A stretch of DNA of 64,000 bases from Centroscyllium fabricii (lineage: Eukaryota). Numbering within the stretch: the first letter of the stretch is position 1; the number at the start of each line of letters is the position of its first letter. A program made the translations under genes and the position numbers. Positions 1-10,862 of this stretch are shown here, piece after piece. The stretch lies in contig JBNRSN020000015.1 of assembly GCA_051313645.2 (NCBI GenBank), forward strand, positions 52,514,001 to 52,578,000, in the 5' to 3' direction. A model generated the notes under the pieces. It did not search any database and had not been told where the DNA came from. It was given only the letters and a program-made list of their open reading frames with translations.

Positions 1-594
1 CGCCGGCCGCGGCGCCGGCGATGTCCAATTTGTCGGGGCTGGGCCCGCGTAGTTTCCAGAGTATGATGATAAATTCAACGATGCCACATCCAGCACATTG
101 CCCAGGTCCGCTGTTGCCTGCAGGTCAAGGCCGTTCTGCTCTAACAGCCTTTGTCTAATATAGTCCGACCTGAGGCCCGTCACATATGCGTCCCTGATCA
201 GGCTGTCCACATGGACCTGGGCCGATTGCGCTCTGCAGTCGCAGGCCCGGGAGAGTAGTCGCAGCGCGCATAGGAATTCCATGCTGGACTCACCGGGTTG
301 CTGTTTTCTGGTAGCCAAGATGTGTCTGGCGTGGACGATATTGGGTGCCCAGTTGTACTCCGCTTTGAGGATCCGGATTGCATCCAAGTACGATAATGCG
401 TCTACGATAATGGAGTATACCTGAGGGCCCACCCGGGCGTTGACGAGCCGCCGTTTGTCTTCTTCGGTCCTGACGACTGCTGCGTTTGCCTTGATGAATG
501 CATCAAAGTAGTCGAACCAGTGCGAAAAGGTATTTGATGCGCCTGGTGTCCTGGGGTCCAGCTCGAACATTGCTGGCTTGAGCATTGCTTCCAT
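1..594 (-). CDS. gag: Gag N-terminus of G0 (partial, runs off window; absent from the ORF track)
   Basis: Manual translation from ATG at 594: MEAMLKPAMFELDPRTPGASNTFSHWFDYF...ARHILATRKQQPGES...DAYVTGLRSDYIRQRLLE, collinear with the Gag of G2, G3 and G4. Confidence 0.85.
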   Translation of the reverse strand, partial: MEAMLKPAMFELDPRTPGASNTFSHWFDYFDAFIKANAAVVRTEEDKRRLVNARVGPQVYSIIVDALSYLDAIRILKAEYNWAPNIVHARHILATRKQQPGESSMEFLCALRLLSRACDCRAQSAQVHVDSLIRDAYVTGLRSDYIRQRLLEQNGLDLQATADLGNVLDVASLNLSSYSGNYAGPAPTNWTSPAPRPA

Positions 595-616
595 CGTCAA
601 ATTTAGTGAATAAAAT

Positions 617-907
617 TGTGACCGAAATAACGACCTCATGGACGAGTAGTTAAGAGGATGAAACAATAAGGCTTTTATTCACTAAAGGTGGACATGCACC
701 AGCTAGTCGACCGTCCCCAGGAATGGCAGGGGGAAGGGAGACGGCCGCTTATGTACCTGGTCGCGGAAGGGAGGAGTCGCAGGCGGGGCCAGCATGGGCA
801 TGTCCAGGTAATCGTACACAGTGAACTATATTACAACATGGTGAATAGTACGATTACAGCAATACATAAAATAGTGGGTATATATACATAAAGAGTGGTT
901 TAACACA
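617..907 (-). repeat. 5' LTR of G0 (291 bp)
   Basis: TG...CA ends, GTGAATAAAAGCC poly(A) signal, same layout as the other G-family LTRs. Confidence 0.85.
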
Positions 908-1058
908 GCTGCCACGTTTAACCCGGGCGTACCCAGCACAGAATCGGCCAGCATCACCCGCCTCTACAGGGAGAAACCTACAAGACGACCTGCGACTCCC
1001 ACAACTCGCCTCGATCACCCTGGATCAGACTCGGCCCCACCAACTTGCGCGATCCACC

Positions 1059-3871
1059 ATGGACATTGAGGTAAACGGCCGTGCGGTTAACTGCCTATTT
1101 GACTTGGGGAGTACCGAAAGTTTTATACACCCGGACACAGTGCGGAGGCTTTCCTTTACAGAACTCCGCGCGCGCCAGCGGATCTCACTGGCTTCCAACA
1201 CAGCGACTGCGGAAATCGGTGGTCTCTGCGTAGTTACACTTAAGGTGCGGGGTACTGTGTACAGCCGGTTTAAACTGTTCGTCCTCCCCCATCTCTGCGC
1301 TGGCGTCCAACTAGGCCTCGACTTCCAAAGCCACCTCGACAGCGTCATCATGAAATACGGTGGCCCCCTTCCCCCATTGACCGTCTGTAGCCAGCAGTTT
1401 TTGCAACGTAAGCCCCACACTGTTTGCAGCCTTTCAACCCGCAAGGTCGCCCCCCCTCATTATTTGCTAACCTCACCCCCGACTGTAAGCCCATCGCTAC
1501 CAAAAGCAGGCGCTACAGCACGGGGGACAGACTGTTCATTAAGTCTGAGGTCCAGCGGCTCCTGAGGGAGGGGATCATCGAGGCAAGCAACAGCCCCTGG
1601 AGAGCCCAGGTTGTAGTCGTCAAGACCAGGACCAAGCACCGCCTGGTCATTGACTACAGCCAGACGATCAACCGCTTCACTCAATTGGATGCATACCCCC
1701 TGCCTCGCATCTCAGACATGGTCAATGAGATCGCACATTACAGGGTGTTTTCTACAATTGACCTGAAGTTGGCGTATCATCAGCTCCCCATCCGTCCTGG
1801 AGACCGCCACTTCACCGCCTTTGAGGCGAATGGCCGCCTCTATCACTTTCTGAGGGTCCCTTTTGGAGTCACCAACGGTGTGTCAGTCTTCCAATGGGAG
1901 ATGGACCGGATGGTGGACCAAAACGGGCTGCTGGCTACCTTCCCCTACCTCGACAATGTCAACATCTGTGGCCACGACATGAAGGACCACGATGCCAACC
2001 TGGCCAAATTCCTCCACACTGCCCAGCTCCTCAACCTCACCTACAATGAGGAAAAATGCATTTTCCGTACCACCCACCTCGCCATCCTGGGCTGCGTCGT
2101 GGCAAACAGGGTCATCGGCCCGGACCCCGAACGCATGCGCCCCCTCATGGAGCTTCCCCTCCCCCAGAGCCCAAAGGCCCTGAAAAGATGCCTGGGCTTC
2201 TTCTCGTACTATGCCCAATGGGTCCCCCAGTACGCTGACAAAGCCCGTCCCCTCCTGAAATCAACCTCCTTTCCCCTGTCGAACGAGGCTCGTGCAGCCT
2301 TCGACAGCATTAAGTCAGCCATCGCCAAGGTGACCATGCACGCCGTGGACGAATCCACCCCGTTCCAGGTGGAAAGTGATGCCTCTGACTTTGCCCTGGC
2401 CACCACTCTCAACCAGTCAGGGCGGCCGGTGGCCTTCTTCTCCCGCATCCTCCGCGGCCCCGAAATCAGGCATTCATCAGTGGAGAAGGAGGCCCAGGCC
2501 ATCGTGGAAGCAGTGCGGCACTGGAGACACTAACTGGCCGGTAGAAGATTTACCCTGCTCACTGACCAGCGGTCGGTGGCTTTCATATTTAATAATAACC
2601 AGCGGGGTAAAATCAAAAACGATAAAATCTTACGGTGGAGAATTGAACTGTCCACCTACAATTACGATATCTTGTACCGGCCCGGTAAGCTCAATGAGCC
2701 CCTGGACGCACCATCCCGTGGAACCTGTGCCAGCGCACAAGTGGATAAACTGCAGTCCATCCACAACGACCTCTGCCACCCCGGAGTCACCCGGCGTTTT
2801 CACTTCGTGAAGTCTCGCAACCTGCCCTACTCCGATTCAGATGTCCAGGATGTCACCAGGCACTGCCCAAATTGTGCGGAGTGCAAACCAATTTTTTTTC
2901 GGCCAGACAGAGCCAGCCTGGTCAAGGTCACCCGCCCCTTTGAACGACTGAGCATCGACTTCAAGGGGCCCCTCCCCTCCACCAACAGAAACGTGTATTT
3001 CCTTACCGTCATTGATGAGTACTCACGCTTCCCCTTCGCAATCCCTTGCCCTGACATGACCACAGCCACGACCATCAGGTGTCTGCACAGCATCTTCACC
3101 ATGTTTGGCTTCCCCAACTTCATCCACACCGACAGGGGGTCGTCGTTCTTGAGTGATGAGATGCGCCAGTACCTGCTCTCCAAAGGGGTTGCAACGAGCA
3201 GGACCACCAGCTACAACCCCCGGGGCAACGGGCAGGTTGAGCGGGAGAACGGTACTGTCTGGAAGGCCATCAGCCTTGCCCTACGGTCCAGGGGCCACCC
3301 CGTCTCCCGCTGGCAGGAGGTCCTCCCCAATGCCCTCCACTCCATTAGGTCGCTGCTCTGCACCGCCACTAACGCCACCCCTCACGAGCGGATGTTTTGC
3401 TTCCCCAGGAAGTCTGCATCTGGGACCTCGCTGCCAACGTGGCTGACGTCCCCCAGGCCTGTCTTGCTCTGGAGACATGTGAGGGCCCACAAGACAGACC
3501 CCCTGGTTGAAAGGGTACAGCTCCTCCACACCAACCCCCAGTACGCCTACGTGGCATTCCCAGATGGGCGGGAGGATATGGTCTCCATTAGAGACCTCGC
3601 ACCCTTGGGTGCCCCCGAGACCACCGGCCCCCCCCACCCCCACCACCATTCCCCTTCACGAGACGGTGTCGGCTGTTTTTTTTACTGCTCATGTAGATGG
3701 CACGCCGGGGACTCGGGATTACCGATCGATGCACGACCCCCACCCCTCCACAACTGCATGACCACCGGCTTCAGAGGACACCACACAACCAGAACTGCAA
3801 CAACCGCTGGAGGCAGCACGGCCGCCAACCCTGGGATCGTCACCAAGACCGGCACTACGACGGTCACTTAG
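1059..3871 (+). pseudogene. pol: Disrupted pol of G1 (protease, RT, RNase H, integrase)
   Basis: Degenerate protease LFDLGS; RT IDYSQTINRF, PFGVTNG, YLDN; RNase H ESDASD; integrase HPG..C..C, IDFKGP, HTDRGS, GNGQVER; frameshift near 1450 and stop at 2531. Confidence 0.93.
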
Positions 3872-3961
3872 GCAGACCAGACCACCCGAAAGACTGAATC
3901 TCTGAACTTACGAAATCACGATGCCGCACCCCCGCCATTATTTTTTTAAACAGGGGGTGAA

Positions 3962-4260
3962 TGTGGTAAAACACCATATTGTATATATTGTATAGTGTCT
4001 CCCCCTTGTGTCCCCTCCTTGTAATTACTGTACCTGTATGTGTAGTTGTGACTCCTTGTCTTGTCTGGGAGGACTTGTCTGGGAGGACCCAGCTCCTTAG
4101 CTTCCTCTCCAGGCTCCGCCCACAAGGTATAAAAGTGCCTGCACACTTGGGTGCTTTCACTTTGACTCCGAAGATCGCCAGACCTGTGAGCAACAGTTCT
4201 AAGTCAATAAAAGCCTCGGTTGCATCGAACCTTCGACTGGTTGTGATTGATTGTGCATCA
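3962..4260 (+). repeat. 3' LTR of G1 (299 bp)
   Basis: TGTGGTAAA...GTGCATCA with TATAAAA and AATAAA, preceded by a PPT. Confidence 0.93.
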
Positions 4261-4263
4261 GGG

Positions 4264-4535
4264 TGATGCACAATCAATTACGCCAGTCGATGATTAGATG
4301 TAATCGAGGCTTTTATTCACATAGAACTGGACACAGGTCCGACGAACTTCCAAGCCAAAGTGAGAGCACTCAGGTGTGCTCTCACTTTTATACCCAGTGG
4401 GTGGAGCCTGGGGAGGAAGCCGAGGAGTGGAGTCCTCCCAGGTGAGTCCTCCCTGGCAGGGAGATGTTACGTGCAGTTACAGGGAGGGGGCACAAGGGGG
4501 AGACATATATATACAACATACAGTGGTTTACCACA
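4264..4535 (-). repeat. 3' LTR of G2
   Basis: Matches 13090-13347 apart from ~8 substitutions and a 14-bp indel. Confidence 0.95.
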
Positions 4536-4697
4536 TTCACCCCCTGTTTAAAAAATGAAGGCGGGGTGAGTGATCTTTTAATATATATACACACAAAGTC
4601 AAATATTCAGTCTGTCTGGTGGTCTGGTCTGCCGAGTCGACCGTCGCAGAGCAGGTCTTGGGGTCGTTTTCGGGGGTCTTGGGGTTGTTTCCGGGGT

Positions 4698-6344
4698 CTA
4701 TGGCCGTGCAGTCTCCAGCGGTTGTCCGATCTCCGTCCGTACGATGTCTTCCGAAGTCGGTGGTGGCGCAGCCGTGGGGGGGTGGGGGTCGTGCATCGGT
4801 CCGTCCCGCGTTTCCACTGTGCCGCCTACTAGTGCTATAAAGGAACCATACAACAGCGTCTCGTGAAGGGGAACGGTGGTGGGGGTGGGTATGGGGATGA
4901 GGGTCAGGTGGCTGATGGTCTCTGGGGCCCCCGAGGGCGCAAGGTCCCTAATGGAGACCGTGTCCTCCCGCCCGTCTGGGAACGCCACGTAGGCGTACTG
5001 GGGGTTGGCGTGGAGGAGCTGCACCCTCTCGACCAGGGGGTCTGTCTTGTGGGCCCTCACGTGTCTCCGGAGCATGATAGGCCCGGGGGACGTCAGCGAT
5101 GTTGGCAGCGAGGTCCCGGATGCAGACTTCCTGGGGAAGCAAAACATCTGCTCGTGGGGGGTGGCATTGGTGGCGGTGCAGACCAGTGACCTGATGGAGT
5201 GGAGGGCATCTGGGAGAATCTCCTGCCAGCGGGAGGCGGGGAGGCCCCTGGACCGCAGGGCAAGGCTGATGGCCTTCCAGACGGTGCCGTTCTCCCGCTC
5301 AACCTGCCCGTTGCCCCGGGGGTTGTAGCTGGTGGTCCTGCTTGTCGCATTCCCTTTGGACAGCAGGTACTGGCGCAGCTCGTCACTCATGAACGCTGAC
5401 CCCCTGTCTGAGTGAATATAGTTGGGGTAGCCGAACATGGTGAAGATGCTGTGCAGACACCTGATTGTTGTGGCTGTGGTCATGTCTGGGCACGGGATTG
5501 CGAAGGGGAAGCGTGAGTACTCATCAATCACTGTCACGAAGTACCCGTTCCTGTTGGTGGAGGGGAGGGTGCCCTTGAAATCGACGCTCAGTCATTCAAA
5601 GGGGCTGGTGGCTTGGACCAAGCTGGCTCTGCTAGGCTGGACAAATTTAGGTTTGCACTTCGCGCAGGTGGGGCAGTGCCTTGTGACTTCCCGGACGTCC
5701 GAGATGGAGTAGGGTAGGTTGCGGGACTTCACGAAGTGAAAGAGCCGCGTGACTCCGGGATGGCAGAGGTCATTGTGGATGGCTTGCAGTCTATCCACTT
5801 GTGCGCTGGCACATGTTCCACGGGATAGTGCGTCCGGGGACTCATTGAGTTTACCGGGCCGGTACAAGATGTCGTAATTATAGGTGGACAGTTCAATTCT
5901 CCACCTTAGGATTTTGTCATTTTTTATCTTACCCCGCTGATTGTTACTAAACATGAAAGCCACTGACCGCTGGTCAGTGAGCAGGGTAATTCTTCTACCG
6001 GCCAGGTAGTGTCTCCAGTGCCGCACCACTTCCACGATGGCCTGGGCCTCCTTCTCCACTGATGAGTGCCTGATTTCGGGGCCGTGGAGGGTGCGGGAGA
6101 AGAAGGCTACCGGCCGACCAGACTGGTTGAGAGTGGCGGCCAGGGCAAAGTCAGAGGCATCACTTTCCACCTGGAACGGGGCGGATTCGTCCACAGCATG
6201 CATGGTCGCCTTGGCGATGGCTGCTCTGATGCTGTCGAAGGCTGCACGAGACTCGTTCGACAGGGGGAAGGAGATGGATTTCAGGAGGGGGCGGGCTCTT
6301 TCAGCGTACTGGGGGACCCATTGGGCGTAGTACGAAAAGAAGCC
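4698..6344 (-). pseudogene. pol: G2 pol 3' part (RNase H, integrase)
   Basis: ORFs 5592-6356 and 4698-5537 with ESDASD, HPG..C..C, HSDRGS, GNGQVER; in-frame stop at ~5592. Confidence 0.92.
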
Positions 6345-6613
6345 TGATACCATCAATTACTCGAGTCAGAGAGCGAGTTAACATAGGCTTTAATAAACTT
6401 AGAACAAGCGTAAGGGATCACAGGTATCGTTAGTACAGTACAGTAGAGAGGAGGTCAGAACCCACGAGTGCTGACCTTTATACCCCCAGGGTCAGAGGCA
6501 TGGCCTACCCGAGGTCCTCCAGGTACAGGTCTCCCAAGTCTGGCTGGGCAAGAGTAGACACGCCCTAAGGCATGTACATACAGATAGTTGGTGTTATAGC
6601 CAATATCACCACA
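6345..6613 (-). repeat. 3' LTR of G3
   Basis: TG...CA, PPT AACAGGAGGTGAA adjacent, ATTAAA poly(A) variant. Confidence 0.95.
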
Positions 6614-6728
6614 TTCACCTCCTGTTAAATAATTTCAGTACCAGGGGGGGCACAAACAATACCTAACATATGTACAGACAGTATTTACAAAGGTTCCGAG
6701 ATGTTCCAAAAAAATTGTGGCCGCCTGT

Positions 6729-9700
6729 TCATGCCAGGTCACATTGAGCAGACCAGGCGGTCTGGCTGGCGTCGCACCCTCGACGACCGTCTGAGCTGCT
6801 GGTCCTGCCGTTCGGTATCGGTACCTGGGGAAGCCGAAGAATATACGTTAGCAGCGCGTCACCAGGGAATACGGCGGTATGGGTCGGTGGGGGGCTGGGC
6901 ACGGGCTGCGATGTGGTAGGTGCCGGCTGGGCCCACGACGAGAGGAAGGGGGGTGGGGGCGGAGTTGTGGTCGCAGGGGCGCCTGCGGGCGCCAGGTCTT
7001 TAATAGAGACTGTGTCCTCCCTGCCATCAGGGAACTCCACATAGGCGTACTGCGGGTTAGCATGGAGGAGGAGTACCCTGTCGACCAGTGGGTCGGTCTT
7101 ATAGTGCCGTACATGGCGCCGCAACAGTACTGGGCCCGGGGAGGCTAGCCACGACGGCAGCGACATCCCCGAGACGGACTTCCTGGGGAAGGAAAACATC
7201 CGTTCGTGCGGCGTTGCGTTGGTCGCTGTACAAAGAAGCGACCGTACGGCGTGTAGAGCGTCCGAGAGAACCGCCTGCCAGCGTGAGGCTGGAAGGCCCC
7301 TGGACCTGAGTGCCAGGCGGACCGCCTTCCAGACAGTGCCATTCTCGCGCTCTACTTGGCCATTGCCCCGGGGGTTGTAGCTCGTTGTCCTGCTCGACGA
7401 GATTCCTCTCGCGAGTAGGAACTGGCGCAGTTCGTCGCTCATAAAAGCAGACCCCCGGTCAGAGTGTATGAATGAGGGGAAGCCGAATATTGCGAATATC
7501 GGGGCGAGGGCGTTGATGACTGTGGCAGCAGTCATATCAGTGCAGGGTATTGCAATTGGGAAACGGGAGTATTCGTCCACGACTGTGAGGAAGTAGACAT
7601 TCCTGTCGGTGGACGGGAGTGGGCCCTTAAAATCAATACTAAGGCGTTCGAAGGGCCGAGAGGACTTAATCAGGTGTGCCTTGTCCGGTCGGAAAAACTG
7701 CGGCTTGCATTCCGCACAGACCGGACAATCCCTGACTATCTCCCTAACCTCCGCAATACTATACGGTAGATTGCGGGCTTTGATAAAATGATAGAAGCGG
7801 GTGACCCCCGGGTGGCAGAGGTTATTATGCAGAGCCTGCAGTCTGCCCGCCTGCACGCTGGCGCAGGTCCCGCGGGACAGTGCATCGGACGGCTCGTTGA
7901 GTCTACCTGGCCTGTACAAAATATCATAATTAAAGGTGGACAATTCGATCCTCCACCTCAAGATCTTATCGTTCTTAATTTTTCCCCGCTGTGTGTTACT
8001 AAACATAAATGCTACCGACCTCTGATCGGTGAGCAGGGTAAATTTTCTACCGGCCAGGTAGTGTCTCCAGTGGCACACCGCTTCGATAATGGCTTGGGCC
8101 TCTATTTCCACGGAGGAATGCCGTGCTTCCGAGCCCGAGAGGGTACGGGAAAAGAAGGCAACGGGTCTGCCTGCTTGGTTCAGGGTCGCCGCCAGGGTGA
8201 AGTCGGACGCGTCGCTCTCCACTTGGAAAGGCACGTCCTCATCAATGGCGGACATTGCAGCTTTTACTATATCGGCTTTAAGTTGCTTAAAAGCTGTTAG
8301 TGCCGCTGCCGACAGGGGAAAAACAGTGGCCCGCATCAGAGGCCGGGCTTTGTCCGCAAATTTCGGGACCCACTGCGCGTAATACGCGAACAGCCCCATG
8401 CACCGCTTTAGAGCTTTGGGTGTCTTGGGAAGGGGATACTCAATCAGCGGGCGCATTCGGTCAGGGTCCGGGCCGATTAACCCGTTTTCCACCACACAGC
8501 CCAAAATAGCCAGGCGTCTGGTGCGGAAAACACATTTTTCTTTGTTGTAGGTCAAATTCAGGGATTTGGCTGTTTTCAAAAATTTAGCGAGATTCTCGTC
8601 GTGGTCCTCGTCCGAGTGGCCGCAGATAGTGACGTTATCTAGGTAGGGAAAGGTGGCCCTGAGCCCGTGTTCGTCTACCATTCTATCCATTTCCCTCTGG
8701 AAGACGGACACTCCGTTCGTCACTCCGAAGGGAACCCGAAGGAACTGGTAGAGGCGACCATCCGCTTCGAAAGCGGTGTAGGGGCGCTCCTCTCTGAGGA
8801 TTGGGACCTGGTGATATGCCGCTTTAAGGTCTATAGTCGAATAGACTTTGTATTGGGCAATTTCATTTACCATGTCCGAGATCCGGGGAAGGGGGTACGC
8901 ATCGAGGAGTGTAAACCGGTTTATGGTCTGACTGTAGTCGACCACCATCCTGTTCTTCTCCCCCGTCTTTACCACTACTACTTGGGCCCTCCAGGGGCTG
9001 CGGCTGGCTTCAATCACCCCCTCTGCCAACAGTCGCTTCACCTCGGTGCCAATAAACGCCCGGTCTGCAGCACTATACCGCCTGCTCTTTGAGGCAATCG
9101 GTGCGCAGTCCGGCGTGAGGTTTGCGAACAGTTTCGGGGGTGAGATCCGTAAAGTGGTGAGCCCACAAAGCGGGCGCTCACGGGGGGTACTCGACTCGAC
9201 CGTCAGGGGTGGGAGAGGGCCGCCGTATGCCAAGGTGACATACTGCAGGTGGCTCTGGAAATCGAGCCCCAATAACACTGGGGCGCACAAGTGGGGTAAC
9301 ACAAACAGTTTAAAATTACAGTATTTTACCCCGCGAACTACAAGTGATACTACGCAACACCCCACGGCCTGCGCCGATTCTGAGTCCGCCGCCAAGGCGA
9401 TGCGTTTTAAACAGGGGCGGATCGATAGGTGAAGACGGTCAGCAGTCTCGGGGGAAATAAAACTATCAGCACTACCCGTATCAAATAAACAGTTACAGTT
9501 TTGTCCGTTTACCTGGATGTCCATCATTGATTTCTGCAGTTCATGGGGTTTTGATTGGTCCAAAGTGATGGACGCCAGCACGGTTGATGAGTCGTCTTCA
9601 TCCGAATATTCGGGGTCGGAGTCAAGTCGAAGACTCTCAAAATGGCCACTGCCTCGTGGTGATGAACTAAGATGGCCGCTCCTCCTAGCTGTGGCCTCAA

Positions 9701-10553
9701 GATGGCCGCCGCCTCGTGGTGCTCCCTCGCGGTCATCTACCTCCGTGTAGTAGGAACGTGGTGCCGCTCTCGCTCCGCTGCAGACGGGGGCTGCCTTCTT
9801 TTTCTGCCCTATTGCGCGGCACATCGCGGCATAGTGCCCCTTCTTTCCACACCCCGAGCACGTAGCATCTTTGGCTGGGCAGCGCAGTCTAGAGTGCCTA
9901 GCTTTTCCGCAAAAGAAACACTTTTGGTTGGTTTCAGGCCTGCTTCTTCCTGCCGCTGCCGTTAGCGCTGGGGTAGGAGTTGGGGCTGGGGATGCCCACG
10001 TAGGCGCGCTTGGTTGGCCATACGTGGTGGATCTCCGATCTGCATTGTCCAGATTTACAATCAGGGAGGCTGCTTCTTTTAACGTTAGCTCATCCCGTTC
10101 TAGCAGTCGGGCCCTGATATATGGGGAGTATACCCCTCTTACCAGAGCGTCCAGTGCCAGTTCGTTGTAGTGTTCGTCCGCCGTCAGGGGGCCAGGGGCG
10201 CAATCTCGGGTCAGCGCACAAATTTCTTTCACGAATTTGGCGCCCGGTTCCTCGGCGCTCTGGGCCCTCTGAGTCAACAAGTGCCTTAAGTGAACAGCGT
10301 TGGCTGCTGGCACAAAGTGTTCTTTCAGCTTCTCCATGGCCTGTTCGTAATCTGACTCCCCTTCGATGAGGTGGTAATGGTCAGCACTGATTCTGCAGTG
10401 TAGAATTCGGCTCTTCTGCTGATCAGTTGAAGCGGTCTTTTTCACTTCGTCGATATAGCTCCTTAGCTGTTGTTCCCAGTGTTTATACCGGCGTTCGATA
10501 TCGGGAGCAGTCGCATCAATTTCCAAGATCGGGACAGCCAGAATTCGGTCCAT
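6729..10553 (-). CDS. gag-pol: Single-frame Gag-Pol polyprotein of G3 (1274 aa): Gag with two zinc knuckles, protease, RT, RNase H, integrase
   Basis: CFFCGKARHSRLRC and CSGCGKKGHYAAMC; LFDTGS; YLDN; ESDASD; HPG..CPVC; HSDRGS; GNGQVER. No env or chromodomain evident. Confidence 0.96.
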   Translation of the reverse strand: MDRILAVPILEIDATAPDIERRYKHWEQQLRSYIDEVKKTASTDQQKSRILHCRISADHYHLIEGESDYEQAMEKLKEHFVPAANAVHLRHLLTQRAQSAEEPGAKFVKEICALTRDCAPGPLTADEHYNELALDALVRGVYSPYIRARLLERDELTLKEAASLIVNLDNADRRSTTYGQPSAPTWASPAPTPTPALTAAAGRSRPETNQKCFFCGKARHSRLRCPAKDATCSGCGKKGHYAAMCRAIGQKKKAAPVCSGARAAPRSYYTEVDDREGAPRGGGHLEATARRSGHLSSSPRGSGHFESLRLDSDPEYSDEDDSSTVLASITLDQSKPHELQKSMMDIQVNGQNCNCLFDTGSADSFISPETADRLHLSIRPCLKRIALAADSESAQAVGCCVVSLVVRGVKYCNFKLFVLPHLCAPVLLGLDFQSHLQYVTLAYGGPLPPLTVESSTPRERPLCGLTTLRISPPKLFANLTPDCAPIASKSRRYSAADRAFIGTEVKRLLAEGVIEASRSPWRAQVVVVKTGEKNRMVVDYSQTINRFTLLDAYPLPRISDMVNEIAQYKVYSTIDLKAAYHQVPILREERPYTAFEADGRLYQFLRVPFGVTNGVSVFQREMDRMVDEHGLRATFPYLDNVTICGHSDEDHDENLAKFLKTAKSLNLTYNKEKCVFRTRRLAILGCVVENGLIGPDPDRMRPLIEYPLPKTPKALKRCMGLFAYYAQWVPKFADKARPLMRATVFPLSAAALTAFKQLKADIVKAAMSAIDEDVPFQVESDASDFTLAATLNQAGRPVAFFSRTLSGSEARHSSVEIEAQAIIEAVCHWRHYLAGRKFTLLTDQRSVAFMFSNTQRGKIKNDKILRWRIELSTFNYDILYRPGRLNEPSDALSRGTCASVQAGRLQALHNNLCHPGVTRFYHFIKARNLPYSIAEVREIVRDCPVCAECKPQFFRPDKAHLIKSSRPFERLSIDFKGPLPSTDRNVYFLTVVDEYSRFPIAIPCTDMTAATVINALAPIFAIFGFPSFIHSDRGSAFMSDELRQFLLARGISSSRTTSYNPRGNGQVERENGTVWKAVRLALRSRGLPASRWQAVLSDALHAVRSLLCTATNATPHERMFSFPRKSVSGMSLPSWLASPGPVLLRRHVRHYKTDPLVDRVLLLHANPQYAYVEFPDGREDTVSIKDLAPAGAPATTTPPPPPFLSSWAQPAPTTSQPVPSPPPTHTAVFPGDALLTYILRLPQVPIPNGRTSSSDGRRGCDASQTAWSAQCDLA

Positions 10554-10588
10554 TTTTGGATTTTAGCGACGATCTAAGTTTATTAAAT

Positions 10589-10857
10589 TGATACCATCAA
10601 TTACTCGAGTCAGAGAGCGAGTTAACATAGGCTTTAATAAACTTAGAACAAGCGTAAGGGATCACAGGTATCGTTAGTACAGTACAGTAGAGAGGAGGTC
10701 AGAACCCACGAGTGCTGACCTTTATACCCCCAGGGTCAGAGGCGTGGCCTACCCGAGGTCCTCCAGGTACAGGTCTCCCAAGTCTGGCTGGGCAAGAGTA
10801 GACACGCCCTAAGGCATGTACATACACATAGTTGGTGTTATAGCCAATATCACCACA
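10589..10857 (-). repeat. 5' LTR of G3
   Basis: Direct repeat of 6345-6613. Confidence 0.95.
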
Positions 10858-10862
10858 AAGCC

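Larger units (their letters stand above)
1..907 (-). mobile_element. Ty3/Gypsy LTR retrotransposon G0, 5' part (5' LTR + start of gag), inserted in the gag-pro linker of G1; rest lies left of the window
   Basis: Minus-strand LTR TGTGTTAAACC...CGGTCACA (907-617) with AATAAA, followed after ~22 nt by an ATG and an open gag frame; G1 sequence resumes at 908. Confidence 0.9.
908..4260 (+). mobile_element. Ty3/Gypsy LTR retrotransposon G1, 3' portion (pro-RT-RNaseH-IN + 3' LTR)
   Basis: Pol motifs in ORFs 1059-1565, 1424-2533, 2576-3871; polypurine tract AAACAGGGGGTGAA before the LTR at 3962. Confidence 0.95.
6345..10857 (-). mobile_element. Full-length, young Ty3/Gypsy element G3 nested in the pol gene of G2
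   Basis: 269-bp LTRs 6345-6613 and 10589-10857 with 2 differences seen; TSD AAGCC at 6340-6344 and 10858-10862; G2 frame RCLGF|FSYYAQW is split here. Confidence 0.97.

Noticed and set aside
6614-6728. env gene or extra ORF in G-family elements
   Set aside because: Only ~40-160 nt separate the pol end from the 3' LTR in each element.
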